Assembly: GCA_965221955.1 (NCBI GenBank)
Contig: CBDCTA010000018.1
Location: 227,116-291,115 of the forward strand
Source: Gammaproteobacteria bacterium
GTDB lineage: Bacteria > Pseudomonadota > Gammaproteobacteria > UBA4575
Direction: 5' to 3'
Length of the DNA: 64,000 nucleotides
The position numbers were made by a program, and so were the translations under genes. Below are positions 40,748 through 51,224 of this stretch, one piece after another; the first letter of the stretch is position 1; every line of letters begins with the position of its first letter. The notes under the pieces were generated by a model. The model was not told the origin of the DNA. It made no database searches and worked only from the letters and a program-made list of their open reading frames with translations.

Positions 40748-42421
40748 ATGGATGCCACACACCATATCAATGACAAACAAACTTTGTTGCATAATTATTT
40801 GCAACAAAAAAGTAATTTTGGGTGGTTATTAGGCACCGTTGTCATTGCATTGCTGATAAGCATCCCGGTATTTACAGTTTTATCCTCAATATTTTTACCT
40901 GGTAGTGAAGTTTGGGCTCATCTTAAAGCCACTGTTCTCACTAGCTATATAAAAAATTCCATCCTGCTAGCAGTAGGTGTTGGTGTTGGCGCAATGATTA
41001 TTGGAATTAGCACTGCATGGCTATGTAGTGTATGCGAATTCCCAGGACGTAGAATTTTCAGTTGGCTATTGTTATTACCCCTAGCTTTTCCTCCTTACAT
41101 TATCGCTTACACTTACACAGGGTTACTCGATTTTGCGGGGCCTGTACAAAACTTTTTACGTGAATCTTTTGCCTGGAGCTATGGCGATTATTGGTTTCCT
41201 GAAATACGCTCACTTCCTGGCGCGATTATAATGTTGTCGCTAGTGCTATACCCCTACGTTTATTTGCTAACACGCACTGCTTTTTCTGAACAATCAACGA
41301 GCTTTAGGGAAGCCAGCCATATTCTAGGCATAGGATTACGCAAAACCTTTTTTAAAGCCGCATTACCTTTAGCAAGACCCGCAATCATCGCAGGTTTAAC
41401 ATTAGTGGTAATGGAAACCCTGGCTGATTATGGAACCGTGCATTACTTTGGTATTCCAACTTTTACTACGGGAATATTTCGCACCTGGTTTGGTCTTGGT
41501 GATCGTATAGCGGCAACACAGTTAGCCAGCTTGCTTTTACTTTGCGTTTTTTTTGTAATTATTATCGAACGTTACAGTCGACAATCAGCAAAATATCAAA
41601 ACCTTTCTAGTGGACAAAAAAAGTGGCGATATCCTTTATCAGGTAGTAAAGCAATTCTAGCGATTCTCATATGCACAATTCCAGTCCTATTAGGGTTCTT
41701 AGTTCCAGCTTTACAACTCCTTCTTTGGGCAATTAAAACCGCACCAGAAATTATCAACAGTTCTTTTTACACTTTAGTATTTAACACCATAAGGCTCGCA
41801 TTGATCGTTGCTGTTTTAGTAGTGGTCGCCGCAACATTTCTTGCATACGGAAAACGTGTTAGTACACACTTCATGGTGCCATATAGTGTAAACATCAGCG
41901 CAATGGGTTACACCGTGCCTGGAATCATTATTGCCGTTGGTGTGTTATTACCTTTTGCTTGGTTTGATAATACTTTAGACACCTGGCTTAACAAGTATTT
42001 TGGAATCTCAAGTGGATTATTGTTAACTGGAACACTAGCTGCTCTAGTATTTGCGCATGTAGTACGCTTCATGGCTATTGGACTTAATTCAGTTGACGCA
42101 AGTCTTGCAAAAATTCATCGCAATGTAGATGATGCAGCGCAACTTTTAGGCCATAAAACTTTTGATCGATTTTTTAAGGTGCACCTACCTTTAATTCGCA
42201 GTGGAGTGTTAACTGCTGGTTTATTAGTTTTTGTTGAAGTTATAAAAGAGCTGCCTGCAACTTTAGTGCTAAGACCTTTTAACTTTAATACTCTAGCTGT
42301 TCGCACTTATGAGCTTGCTTCAGATGAACGTTTAGCGGATTCTGCTTGCAGTGCATTATTAATTGTCGCTGTAGGCATTCTACCGATATTAATTTTAAAT
42401 CGCTCAATTCACTCAAGCTAA
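40748..42421 (+). CDS. fbpB: Fe3+ ABC transporter permease
   Basis: Duplicated permease, METLADYG, KELPATL.LRPFNF. Confidence 0.92.
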   Translation: MDATHHINDKQTLLHNYLQQKSNFGWLLGTVVIALLISIPVFTVLSSIFLPGSEVWAHLKATVLTSYIKNSILLAVGVGVGAMIIGISTAWLCSVCEFPGRRIFSWLLLLPLAFPPYIIAYTYTGLLDFAGPVQNFLRESFAWSYGDYWFPEIRSLPGAIIMLSLVLYPYVYLLTRTAFSEQSTSFREASHILGIGLRKTFFKAALPLARPAIIAGLTLVVMETLADYGTVHYFGIPTFTTGIFRTWFGLGDRIAATQLASLLLLCVFFVIIIERYSRQSAKYQNLSSGQKKWRYPLSGSKAILAILICTIPVLLGFLVPALQLLLWAIKTAPEIINSSFYTLVFNTIRLALIVAVLVVVAATFLAYGKRVSTHFMVPYSVNISAMGYTVPGIIIAVGVLLPFAWFDNTLDTWLNKYFGISSGLLLTGTLAALVFAHVVRFMAIGLNSVDASLAKIHRNVDDAAQLLGHKTFDRFFKVHLPLIRSGVLTAGLLVFVEVIKELPATLVLRPFNFNTLAVRTYELASDERLADSACSALLIVAVGILPILILNRSIHSS

Positions 42422-42424
42422 GTC

Positions 42425-43481
42425 ATGACAAGTACAACTCCTAGACTAGATGTCCGCAATGTAGGTGTTGAGCTGCAAGACAAAATAATATTGGGCGATG
42501 TATCACTACATCTACAGCAAGGTCAAATTGCATCAATACTAGGACCAAGTGGCTGTGGAAAAACCACTTTACTACGTGCATTAGCAGGTTTTCAGTCCAT
42601 CTCTAAAGGTGAAATTTATGTTCATGACAAACTCTTTAGCAAAGTGGGTTACTCATTAGCACCTGAAAACCGCCATATCGGCATGATGTTTCAAGATTTA
42701 GCTCTATTCCCACACTTAACCGTAGAACAGAATATTTGTTTTGGATTAACTACGTTATCAAAAAGCGAACAACAATCTAGAACTCAACAAGTTCTTGAAC
42801 TTAACTGAGCTCAGCAAACAAGAAAAAAAATATCCTCATCAATTATCTGGTGGACAACAACAACGTGTTGCACTTGCACGTGCATTAGCACCTAAACCTG
42901 AAATTCTTTTGTTAGATGAACCATTCTCAAGTCTCGACCCCGACTTAAGAGAGCAAGTAGCCACCGAAGTACGCAAAATTCTTAAACATGAAAATGTAAC
43001 TGCGGTATTAGTCACACATGATCAACACGAAGCTTTCGCAATGGCAGATGAAATTGGCGTAATGGAGAATGGCTACATCGCACAATGGGACAGCGCTTAT
43101 AATATTTATCACAAACCTAAAACAAGGTTTGTTGCAGACTTTGTTGGTTTAGGAAGCATGGTCTCTGCAACAGTGTTAGATAATGCAACACTAGACACCG
43201 AATTTGGACATGTGAAAGGCGCATTAAATGATAAGCATAAGCCGGGAGATAAAGTTGACCTTTTGGTACGTCCAGATGATATCCCGCATGATGACAGCAG
43301 CTCAATCACAGCTTTAGTAGAAGAAAAACGTTTTCGTGGCGCAGAGTTTTTATATAAGTTGCGCTTACAGAGTGGCAATTTCGTGCTTTGCTACGCACCC
43401 AGCCACCATAATCATCAGATTGGAGAACCGATTGGAATCAAACTTGATTTAGAACATCTCGTCGTTTTCCCCAAGAATTGA
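42425..43481 (+). CDS. fbpC: Fe3+ ABC transporter ATPase, one frameshift near 42803
   Basis: Walker A GPSGCGKT in first ORF; LSGGQQQR, LLLDEP and TOBE-like tail in second; deleting one A at ~42803 fuses them. Confidence 0.88.
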
Positions 43482-43648
43482 ACAAGCACTGAACAAATAA
43501 CTTGGATACGGGTCTATTTGAGGATTCTTGCAAGTACTTGACGCTTAACGCGATTCAAGGGCTTAGCTTAGGGTCATGAAATTGGACTTGACCTAGAACC
43601 GATAAACCCCAACAATATTAAGGAAGATGCTAACTAGAGGAGTCAAGC

Positions 43649-44020
43649 ATGAGACTTAGTAAATCGTTCATTTACCTATTAATTATTTCATTTATTTTTG
43701 TACAAGTTTCGCCCGCTTTTGCAGGCATAGTTGGAACAGATAACTTCTTAGCTGAACAAACCCTTCAGCAAGACCGTGAAAACCTACGCAATCTGATGTC
43801 ACGTGACGAGGTTCGTTCCATGCTGGAAGTAAACGGCTTAACCGTTGAACAAGCTCAAGCGCGGGTTGATTCTTTGACTGATATGGAAGTCAAACAAATG
43901 GCGAAAAAGTTTGATGAACTTCCTGCTGCAGGTGATGCAGCAGTTGTCATTTTAATCATAGCGTTAGTTGTGTTGGTGCTTGAACTCGCTGGTATCACCG
44001 ACATCTTCACGGGAATATAA
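43649..44020 (+). CDS. PA2779-family secreted protein with C-terminal hydrophobic tail
   Basis: GAGGAG RBS; signal peptide, AGIVGT, L...G......ARV..LTD.E, LPAAG + TM + TDIF. Confidence 0.8.
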   Translation: MRLSKSFIYLLIISFIFVQVSPAFAGIVGTDNFLAEQTLQQDRENLRNLMSRDEVRSMLEVNGLTVEQAQARVDSLTDMEVKQMAKKFDELPAAGDAAVVILIIALVVLVLELAGITDIFTGI

Positions 44021-44040
44021 ATTCCGTCAGAATTAAGTTT

Positions 44041-44076
44041 TTATCGCTCGATGGTGTAAACATTATCGAGCGATAA
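44041..44076. other. Intercistronic hairpin
   Basis: TTATCGCTCGAT-N12-ATCGAGCGATAA. Confidence 0.7.
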
Positions 44077-44163
44077 TACTTCTCTCTTCTCTACGTTTTC
44101 AACTCAGCATTTCGGTACTGAGTACTCAATTAGCTCCTATGTTTCCTTGCTGTAAAGCATGGT

Positions 44164-45216
44164 GTGCTTATAATTGCACCCAACGTTTCAATCACGAAGT
44201 CTCATTTGTTATATCACTACATAAAGCATCGGCAACGAAGTATTTTCTACTTCTGCTTTACTGTAATTTTCTGTTCTTTACTCATCGCCTGTGTCGCGCC
44301 CCAAACGCGGCAATTAAGTTTTGAGCGCCCTAAAGATTTACCTACAAAAGCGTACATAGAAAACGTACCTTTCTATCCGCAAAAACAATTTCATTGCGGC
44401 CCTTCTACACTAGCGATGGCGATGAATTTTTATAATAAGAATTTAGCCCCCGACGTGCTAGCTAAAGACGTATTTATTCCTGGTCGCAAAGGCAGCTTTC
44501 AAGCAGAAATGAAAGCTGCTGTGCGCAAACGTGGCATGTTAGCTTACGAACTCACCCCTGAACTCGTGTATTTACTTGCTGAAGTTTCTGTAGGACATCC
44601 AGTCATTATTCTGCAAAACAAAGCTATTAAGTATTATCCGATTTGGCACTATGCAGTTGTAATTGGATATGATTTAGGCAAAAAAAAGATTTATTTACAC
44701 ACTGGAGCAAATAAAAACTACTCTGTCTCCATGAGTGTTTTTGAACACACTTGGAAACGCGCTAAACGCTGGGGCTTGGTTGTATTGCCAGCGGGCACTC
44801 TACCTAATGATCGTAATCAAGTTAATATCTTACAAGCAGCAGTAGACCTTGAAGAAGTCGGACAAATTCAAGCCGCCAATCTAAGCTATCAAGCCATCAC
44901 AAAACGTTGGCCCGATAGTTTTGTAGCTGTAATGGGAGCTGCAAATTCGCACCTCACACTTGGTAACCCGAAAGACGCGACTGCCTATTACTTACGTGCA
45001 CATGAATTAAAACCGCAACGCGCAGATATTTATAACAATCTTGCTTATAGCCTATTGGCGCAATCTTGTTATCAATCTTCTCTGAGCTCTATTCAGTGTG
45101 CTCTCACTCTCGATTCTAGCAATCCTGAATTTCTTGATTCACAACGCGAAATATCTCAATCGCCAAAAAAAACCACATTAAAGTCTTGTCCAAAAATTTC
45201 TTGCCCGTCTTCTTAG
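44164..45216 (+). CDS. PA2778-family C39-like cysteine peptidase lipoprotein with TPRs (true start probably downstream)
   Basis: Lipobox LIAC; VPFYPQKQFHCGP; WHYAVVIGYD; YNNLAY TPR. Confidence 0.85.
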   Translation: MLIIAPNVSITKSHLLYHYIKHRQRSIFYFCFTVIFCSLLIACVAPQTRQLSFERPKDLPTKAYIENVPFYPQKQFHCGPSTLAMAMNFYNKNLAPDVLAKDVFIPGRKGSFQAEMKAAVRKRGMLAYELTPELVYLLAEVSVGHPVIILQNKAIKYYPIWHYAVVIGYDLGKKKIYLHTGANKNYSVSMSVFEHTWKRAKRWGLVVLPAGTLPNDRNQVNILQAAVDLEEVGQIQAANLSYQAITKRWPDSFVAVMGAANSHLTLGNPKDATAYYLRAHELKPQRADIYNNLAYSLLAQSCYQSSLSSIQCALTLDSSNPEFLDSQREISQSPKKTTLKSCPKISCPSS

Positions 45217-45306
45217 CTTTCTATCTATAAATAAAAAACTTAAGCTGACATCATAGCTGGATTGCATCTACACTATGCAATTCAGAATGATGCTCATGGT
45301 GTAAAA

Positions 45307-46998
45307 GTGGCGCAAAAAAAGAACCAGGAAAATAAAAGAAAATTCTCTTCTATCGTTGTAGACGGCGCAGAACGTGCCCCTAGTCGTGCAATGTTGCGCG
45401 CAGTGGGTTTTAAAGATAATGACTTTAAAAAACCACAAATTGGCATCGCATCCACCTGGAGCATGGTGACGCCTTGCAATATGCATATCGATAAGCTCGC
45501 TGACCAAGCTGCAAAAGGCGCAAATCAAGCTGGAGGCAAAGCGGTTGTTTTCAACACCATTACTATTTCCGATGGTATCTCTATGGGCACAGAAGGCATG
45601 AAATATTCTTTAGTGTCGCGCGAAGTGATTGCGGACTCAATTGAAACCGTTGCAGGCTGTGAAGGATTTGATGGCATAGTAGCAATTGGCGGATGCGATA
45701 AAAATATGCCCGGCTGTTTAATCGCATTAGCACGCTTGAACCGCCCATCCGTTTTTGTTTATGGCGGCACCATCATGCCTGGCAACTATAAAAACACAAA
45801 AGTCGATGTGGTTTCCGTTTTTGAAGCGGTTGGGCAACACGCTAAAAAAGAAATCAGTGACAAAGATTTGAAACAAGTTGAATCTACTGCCATTCCAGGT
45901 GCGGGTTCATGCGGCGGTATGTACACCGCAAACACCATGGCTTCAGCGATTGAAGCTTTGGGCATGAGCTTACCCAATAGCTCAGCACAAAATGCAATTT
46001 CAAATGACAAACAAAATGATTGCATTGCTGCGGGAGAAGCGGTGATGAATTTGCTAAATAAAAACATTTTACCCAAAGACATCATGACCAAAAAAGCATT
46101 TCAAAATGCGATCACAGTTTTAATTAGTCTAGGGGGATCCACCAATGCAGTATTGCACTTACTTGCCATGGCGCATGCAATTGGCGTGAAACTAAATATT
46201 GATGAATTCACTCGCATAGGTAAAAAAGTTCCTGTGTTGGCCGACTTACGTCCAAGTGGCAAATATATGATGTCTGAACTAATCGAAATTGGCGGCATTC
46301 AACCTCTGATGAAAATGTTATTAGACAAAGGTCTTTTACATGGTGATTGTCTAACCGTTACCGGAAAAACCTTGGCTCAAAATTTAAAACATGTAAAAGC
46401 TTATCCAAAGTCGCAAGATATTGTGCATAGCTTTGACAACCCAATTAAAAAGGACAGTCATTTAGTAATTTTGTATGGCAATCTTGCTCCAGACGGCGCC
46501 GTTGCAAAAATTTCAGGCAAAGAAGGTTTAAGTTTTACAGGCAAAGCGCGTGTATTTGCATCCGAAGAAAAAGCCTTAGAAAAAATTCTTGACGGTGGAA
46601 TTAAAAAAGGCGATGTAATAGTAATTCGTTATGAAGGCCCACAAGGTGGACCTGGCATGCGCGAGATGTTGTCCCCCACTTCTGCAATCATGGGTAAAGG
46701 TTTAGGCAAAGATGTTGCCTTAATTACAGACGGACGTTTTTCTGGAGGCAGCCATGGCTTCGTTGTTGGACACATTACACCTGAAGCTGCGGTAGGTGGC
46801 CCGATTGCATTGCTCAAGAATGGCGATCAAATAACCATCGATGCACAAACACGTGAGATCAATGTGAAGCTCAGCAAAAAAGAATTGTCTCTACGCAAAA
46901 AGAATTGGAAAGCACCTAAACCCCGTTATAAACGTGGGGTTTTAGCTAAATATGCACGCCAAGTATCTTCGGCTTCTCAAGGTGCAGTCACAGATTAG
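45307..46998 (+). CDS. ilvD: Dihydroxy-acid dehydratase
   Basis: [31 protein letters not shown]; GTG start at 45307 assumed. Confidence 0.97.
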   Translation: MAQKKNQENKRKFSSIVVDGAERAPSRAMLRAVGFKDNDFKKPQIGIASTWSMVTPCNMHIDKLADQAAKGANQAGGKAVVFNTITISDGISMGTEGMKYSLVSREVIADSIETVAGCEGFDGIVAIGGCDKNMPGCLIALARLNRPSVFVYGGTIMPGNYKNTKVDVVSVFEAVGQHAKKEISDKDLKQVESTAIPGAGSCGGMYTANTMASAIEALGMSLPNSSAQNAISNDKQNDCIAAGEAVMNLLNKNILPKDIMTKKAFQNAITVLISLGGSTNAVLHLLAMAHAIGVKLNIDEFTRIGKKVPVLADLRPSGKYMMSELIEIGGIQPLMKMLLDKGLLHGDCLTVTGKTLAQNLKHVKAYPKSQDIVHSFDNPIKKDSHLVILYGNLAPDGAVAKISGKEGLSFTGKARVFASEEKALEKILDGGIKKGDVIVIRYEGPQGGPGMREMLSPTSAIMGKGLGKDVALITDGRFSGGSHGFVVGHITPEAAVGGPIALLKNGDQITIDAQTREINVKLSKKELSLRKKNWKAPKPRYKRGVLAKYARQVSSASQGAVTD

Positions 46999-47124
46999 TC
47001 GCTGTAAATCACGCAACGTATATCTAAAAAGCACAAATTGTCACGCGCGGCCCAAATAGTTTAGGATTGCCCGTTCAATTCACTACTACCTTAGTATTAC
47101 CACTCAATTTTTAAGGAGCTGTCG

Positions 47125-47763
47125 ATGGCAGAATTACTCACAGGAAAAGCACTAGAAGAAGTCATGGAACGCAAAAATAAAATGCGTCGTGAAGCGTATG
47201 ACCGTCGTGCTGCTCAAGAAAACAAAGATGAAGTCAGTGCAAAAGCTTGTGAAAACTTCATGGCCCTACCCGAATATCAAAATGCAAAAGTTGCCATGTG
47301 GTACATCGATTGCCGTTCAGAAACACGCACCAAACCACATCTTTTAGAAGAAGTGAAAAAAGGTGAAAAGAAGATCATCGTGCCTTATTGCACTGAAGAT
47401 GAAAACGGTGAAAACAAGCTTGGTCTTTGGTGGATGGAAAGCTTGGAAGAAATGGTAGTCGGTAAATGGAATATTCTAGAACCACCTAGAGAATTATGGG
47501 GTAATCCTGAAAAAGAAGTTGAGCCTAAAGAAATCGATATCATCATGGTACCTGGTACAGGTTTTGATAAAACAGGTGGACGCATGGGTAATGGTCAAGG
47601 TTACTATGACCGCTTACTAGAACAACTTCGACCAGACTGCCCACTAGTTGCGCTTTGCTACGAATCACAATTGTTTGATGAAATTTTGGTTGCACCTCAC
47701 GATGTATACATGGACAAAGTTGTTACAGAAGCGGGTGTTTACGAAGGTAAAGGTCGAGACTAA
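47125..47763 (+). CDS. 5-formyltetrahydrofolate cyclo-ligase family protein
   Basis: K..MR N-terminus, SE..T, WNILEP, VPGTGFD..GGRMGNGQGYYDR, PHDVYMD. Confidence 0.92.
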   Translation: MAELLTGKALEEVMERKNKMRREAYDRRAAQENKDEVSAKACENFMALPEYQNAKVAMWYIDCRSETRTKPHLLEEVKKGEKKIIVPYCTEDENGENKLGLWWMESLEEMVVGKWNILEPPRELWGNPEKEVEPKEIDIIMVPGTGFDKTGGRMGNGQGYYDRLLEQLRPDCPLVALCYESQLFDEILVAPHDVYMDKVVTEAGVYEGKGRD

Positions 47764-47783
47764 TTCATATTAAAGGGAAAACA

Positions 47784-48707
47784 ATGCCTGCAAAAATTGA
47801 TGATACGTACGCAGAAGCGTTTAAAAGTTTATACACTGAGTTTCTAATCACCGCGCGCGATCGCAAATGGTTAGATCATGCAGTGAATGCTGCAACCGGA
47901 AATGCTTCAAGCTCAATTTTATGTGATTGTGAAGCAGGCATGGATCGCTATGTTGGTCCTGGTGGTGATGAAAGTTTTGAAACCCCTGATGGTCGCCCTG
48001 GTGCAATTGTTCAATTGCACGTGCCACGTTTCCGCAAAGATCGTGTTAAAGCACTTGAGCGTTCTGCATTAGTACGCATCAGTCAAAATGTCATGACTTG
48101 TCCTACGGCTTCATGTTTCAACTTAGTTGACTCTGAAGAGTACTATCACATGGGTCGCAAAGTGGCGTACTTTGGTAACGGCTACCAAAAACGCATTGAA
48201 CGTTTTGGTCGTAAAATGTGGTGGATTCCAATTTTAGGCGGTGAATTTATTTTAGATCGTCGCTTAGGATATGCGGATGGTTTAATGGGTGGCAACCTTT
48301 GGTTCTTTGGCGACAGTGTAGATTCTGCCTTACTTGCGGCGGAAAAAGGTGTTGAAGCAATTCTTCCCATGCCTGGTGTCATTACTACTTTTCCTGGTGG
48401 TATTGCAGGCAGCGGCTCAAAGGCGGGAAGTAATTATGACTTCACCATTGCAAGTACTTATGAAAAGTTTTGCCCCCTTCTTCAAGATGATCCTACCGTC
48501 GAAGCAGGATTACCTAAGGGTGTGAATTGTGTAATGGAAATCATTATGAATGGTCAAGGCATGCAGCCAATTGTTGAAGCCACACAAGCTGCAATCAAAG
48601 CCTCAGTAGATACACCGGGTTTAATAATGATTTCAGCAGGCAACTACAATGGACGTTTAGGTAAATCATTTATTTACTTAGATCCAAGTAAACAGCCCGC
48701 TGAATAG
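47784..48707 (+). CDS. Formylmethanofuran:H4MPT formyltransferase (Ftr/FhcD) family, divergent
   Basis: DDTYAEAF, CEAG, ETPDGRPG, TCPT, GGN, FPGG..SGSK, AST..FCP, SAGNYNGRLG. Confidence 0.9.
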   Translation: MPAKIDDTYAEAFKSLYTEFLITARDRKWLDHAVNAATGNASSSILCDCEAGMDRYVGPGGDESFETPDGRPGAIVQLHVPRFRKDRVKALERSALVRISQNVMTCPTASCFNLVDSEEYYHMGRKVAYFGNGYQKRIERFGRKMWWIPILGGEFILDRRLGYADGLMGGNLWFFGDSVDSALLAAEKGVEAILPMPGVITTFPGGIAGSGSKAGSNYDFTIASTYEKFCPLLQDDPTVEAGLPKGVNCVMEIIMNGQGMQPIVEATQAAIKASVDTPGLIMISAGNYNGRLGKSFIYLDPSKQPAE

Positions 48708-48724
48708 ATAATTGTTTCATGTAT

Positions 48725-48758
48725 TTAAAAAAGCCGCTGAAAACAGCGGCTTTTTTAA
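48725..48758 (+). terminator. Strong intrinsic terminator closing the cyclo-ligase/Ftr unit
   Basis: TTAAAAAAGCCGCTG-AAAA-CAGCGGCTTTTTTAA perfect inverted repeat. Confidence 0.9.
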
Positions 48759-48823
48759 TTCTCAACTAACCTATTGTGAGTAAGCTCTATTCCAGAACAA
48801 ATTTCTAACGCATAATATTCTTC

Positions 48824-49702
48824 ATGACTATAAGTTTTGAAAAAACTCCTGGTGGCGCAATTTTATTAGATGGAAAGGCTGTCGCTGAAAAACTTCAACG
48901 TAAAATTGCGAGTACTCTCGCACAATCACCTGAGTCAAAAATAACGCTTGCTACCGTTTTAATTGGTGATGATCCTGCAAGCGATTTATACGTTGGCATG
49001 AAACAAAAACGTGCAACAGCAGTCGGCATACAATCTCGACATGTGCCACTATCTGGTGATATTTCCATGCAACAAGCGTGCGATGAAATTATCAAACTCG
49101 TTGAGGATAATTCTGTTCATGGCATCCTGATCCAACTGCCGTTACCCAAGCAGCTCGATACCCACAAAATAATTGATCTACTTCCTCCTGAAAAAGATGT
49201 AGACGGTTTAAGTGAAAACAATCTCGGCAAACTTTTACGTGGTGTGGAAGGTTTAGTGCCCTGCACACCATTAGGTGTGATGCGCATTCTTGAACACTAT
49301 GAAATTCCAACGAGTGGCAAACGCGCAGTCGTCATTGGTCGTTCCACTTTAGTTGGGCTTCCACAAGTATTGTTACTTGGTCGTAAAGGAGTTGATGCAA
49401 CGGTAACGCTTGCACATTCACGCAGTGGTGATATTGGAGAAATAACCAAGTCTGCAGATATTGTTGTGGCTGCAGCAGGTATTGCTCACCTAGTTAAAAA
49501 AGAACACATTAAACCTGGTGCTACGGTGATTGATGTTGGCGTGACGAGAACAGATGAAGGCATTCGTGGCGATGTAGACTTTAATCAAGTACAAACTGTA
49601 GCTGGAGCAATTACACCTATGCCAGGCGGCACTGGGCCCATGACTGTTGCCTGTTTATTAGAAAACACATTGTATGCTGCTAAACTTCAAAACGCGCTCT
49701 AG
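48824..49702 (+). CDS. folD: Methylene-THF dehydrogenase/cyclohydrolase
   Basis: S..YV..K, GILIQLPLP, KDVDG, PCTP, TPMPGGTGPMT. Confidence 0.96.
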   Translation: MTISFEKTPGGAILLDGKAVAEKLQRKIASTLAQSPESKITLATVLIGDDPASDLYVGMKQKRATAVGIQSRHVPLSGDISMQQACDEIIKLVEDNSVHGILIQLPLPKQLDTHKIIDLLPPEKDVDGLSENNLGKLLRGVEGLVPCTPLGVMRILEHYEIPTSGKRAVVIGRSTLVGLPQVLLLGRKGVDATVTLAHSRSGDIGEITKSADIVVAAAGIAHLVKKEHIKPGATVIDVGVTRTDEGIRGDVDFNQVQTVAGAITPMPGGTGPMTVACLLENTLYAAKLQNAL

Positions 49703-49925
49703 CTAGCCCAGCAAAACGTCCTCAAAATACCTTCAATATCTTTGTAATACCCAACCCGTAATATGCAAATTGCTTGAGCCACTATAGGGCTTATGGCAAG
49801 ATGCTGGACTTTTCGTGCAACTCGATTTCACGCTAAAAGATAGCTCCGGCCACAATAATAAAAACTGAATTTTCAGCGGGGCTCATCAGTTTTAACTTTT
49901 AACATTATTTAAGAAGGTTCATTAC

Positions 49926-51188
49926 ATGCCTGGCCAAAAGCTATCTAACCCTGGAAGAAATTATTTATTCTGCCCCGGCCCAACTCATATTCCACAAGCC
50001 GTTCAAAATGCGATGATCGTTCCTCAGGAAGATCACCGTGCGCCAGATTTTCCTGAACTTGTAAAACCTCTTCTAAGAGATGTTAAGAAGATTTTCAAAA
50101 CCACAAAAGGCACTTGCTTTCTATTTCCTGCAACGGGTACTGCTGGTTGGGAAATTGCACTTACCAACACTATGTCGCCAGGTGACAAAATTTTAACTAC
50201 CCGCTTTGGTCAGTTTTCTCACTTATGGTATGACCTAGCAAGACGCATTGGTTTAGAAGTGGATCTAATAGAAACACCGTGGGGCCAAGGCGTTCCCGTA
50301 GAAAAATTCAAGAAAATATTACAAGCAGACAAAAATCACGAAATTAAAGCTGTAGTTTGTTGCCATAATGAAACTGCAACCGGTGTAACCAGTGACATTG
50401 CTGCAGTAGGTAAAATGCTCAAACAAATTAAACATCCTGCACTGTTGATGGTGGACTGTGTAAGTTCAGTAGCAAGTATTGATTTCCGCATGGATCAATG
50501 GGGTGTGGACGTTGCGGTTAGCGGCTCGCAAAAAGGCTTCATGTTACCGGCTGGAATGGCAATTTTAGCTTTCAGTCCTCGCGCAATAAAAGCACGTTTA
50601 AAAGCAAAATGTGCGCGTTGCTTCTTGGATATACAAGACCACTTGAACACAAATAAAGATGGTTTTTTCCCATATACACCATCTGTACCGATGCTTCGCG
50701 GATTACGTGCGTCAATTGACTTATTGTTAGATGAAGGGTTAGAAAATGTTTTCAAACGCCACAACCGTTTAGCAGAAGGTGTACGTCGTGCTGTAAAAGC
50801 ATGGGGTCTAAAGACATGTGCAGTATCTCCAAAATGGAATTCAGATACCGTTACAGCCATTGTTGTACCTGAAAATAAAAATGCAAATGAAGTAATTCAT
50901 ATTGCATACCATAAATACAATATTTCCTTAGGTGCTGGTTTATCAAAAGTTGCTGGTAAGGTTTTCCGCATTGGACACTTAGGCGATAATAATGAAGCAC
51001 GCATGATGGCTGCTCTAGGTACGGTCGAAATGGCACTTTTAGATGCTGGCATTAAAATTAAACCTGGCAGCGGTGTAGCGGCTGCTGGTGAGTACTACCG
51101 TAAGACCGGCAAGAAAATCAAAAAATTTGCTGCACCAAAAGTGGCACCTAAGAAAAAAGCTACAAGAAGAAAAACCCCAAAAAAATAG
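49926..51188 (+). CDS. sgaA: Serine--glyoxylate aminotransferase
   Basis: PGRNYLFCPGPT, DHRAPDF, HNETATGV, GSQKGFMLP, FRIGHLG; serine-cycle context. Confidence 0.9.
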   Translation: MPGQKLSNPGRNYLFCPGPTHIPQAVQNAMIVPQEDHRAPDFPELVKPLLRDVKKIFKTTKGTCFLFPATGTAGWEIALTNTMSPGDKILTTRFGQFSHLWYDLARRIGLEVDLIETPWGQGVPVEKFKKILQADKNHEIKAVVCCHNETATGVTSDIAAVGKMLKQIKHPALLMVDCVSSVASIDFRMDQWGVDVAVSGSQKGFMLPAGMAILAFSPRAIKARLKAKCARCFLDIQDHLNTNKDGFFPYTPSVPMLRGLRASIDLLLDEGLENVFKRHNRLAEGVRRAVKAWGLKTCAVSPKWNSDTVTAIVVPENKNANEVIHIAYHKYNISLGAGLSKVAGKVFRIGHLGDNNEARMMAALGTVEMALLDAGIKIKPGSGVAAAGEYYRKTGKKIKKFAAPKVAPKKKATRRKTPKK

Positions 51189-51224
51189 ATAAATAAAATA
51201 GATTATAAATAGAAGGTACATACT

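Noticed and set aside
46999-47124. 6S RNA upstream of the cyclo-ligase (common ssrS-ygfA arrangement)
   Set aside because: Gap is only 126 bp and shows no long rod-like self-complementarity; this fits a specialised cyclo-ligase paralogue
47784-48707. Ftr as evidence of methanogenesis or archaeal contamination
   Set aside because: Continuous bacterial context with LPS genes; Ftr/FhcD homologues are established in bacteria
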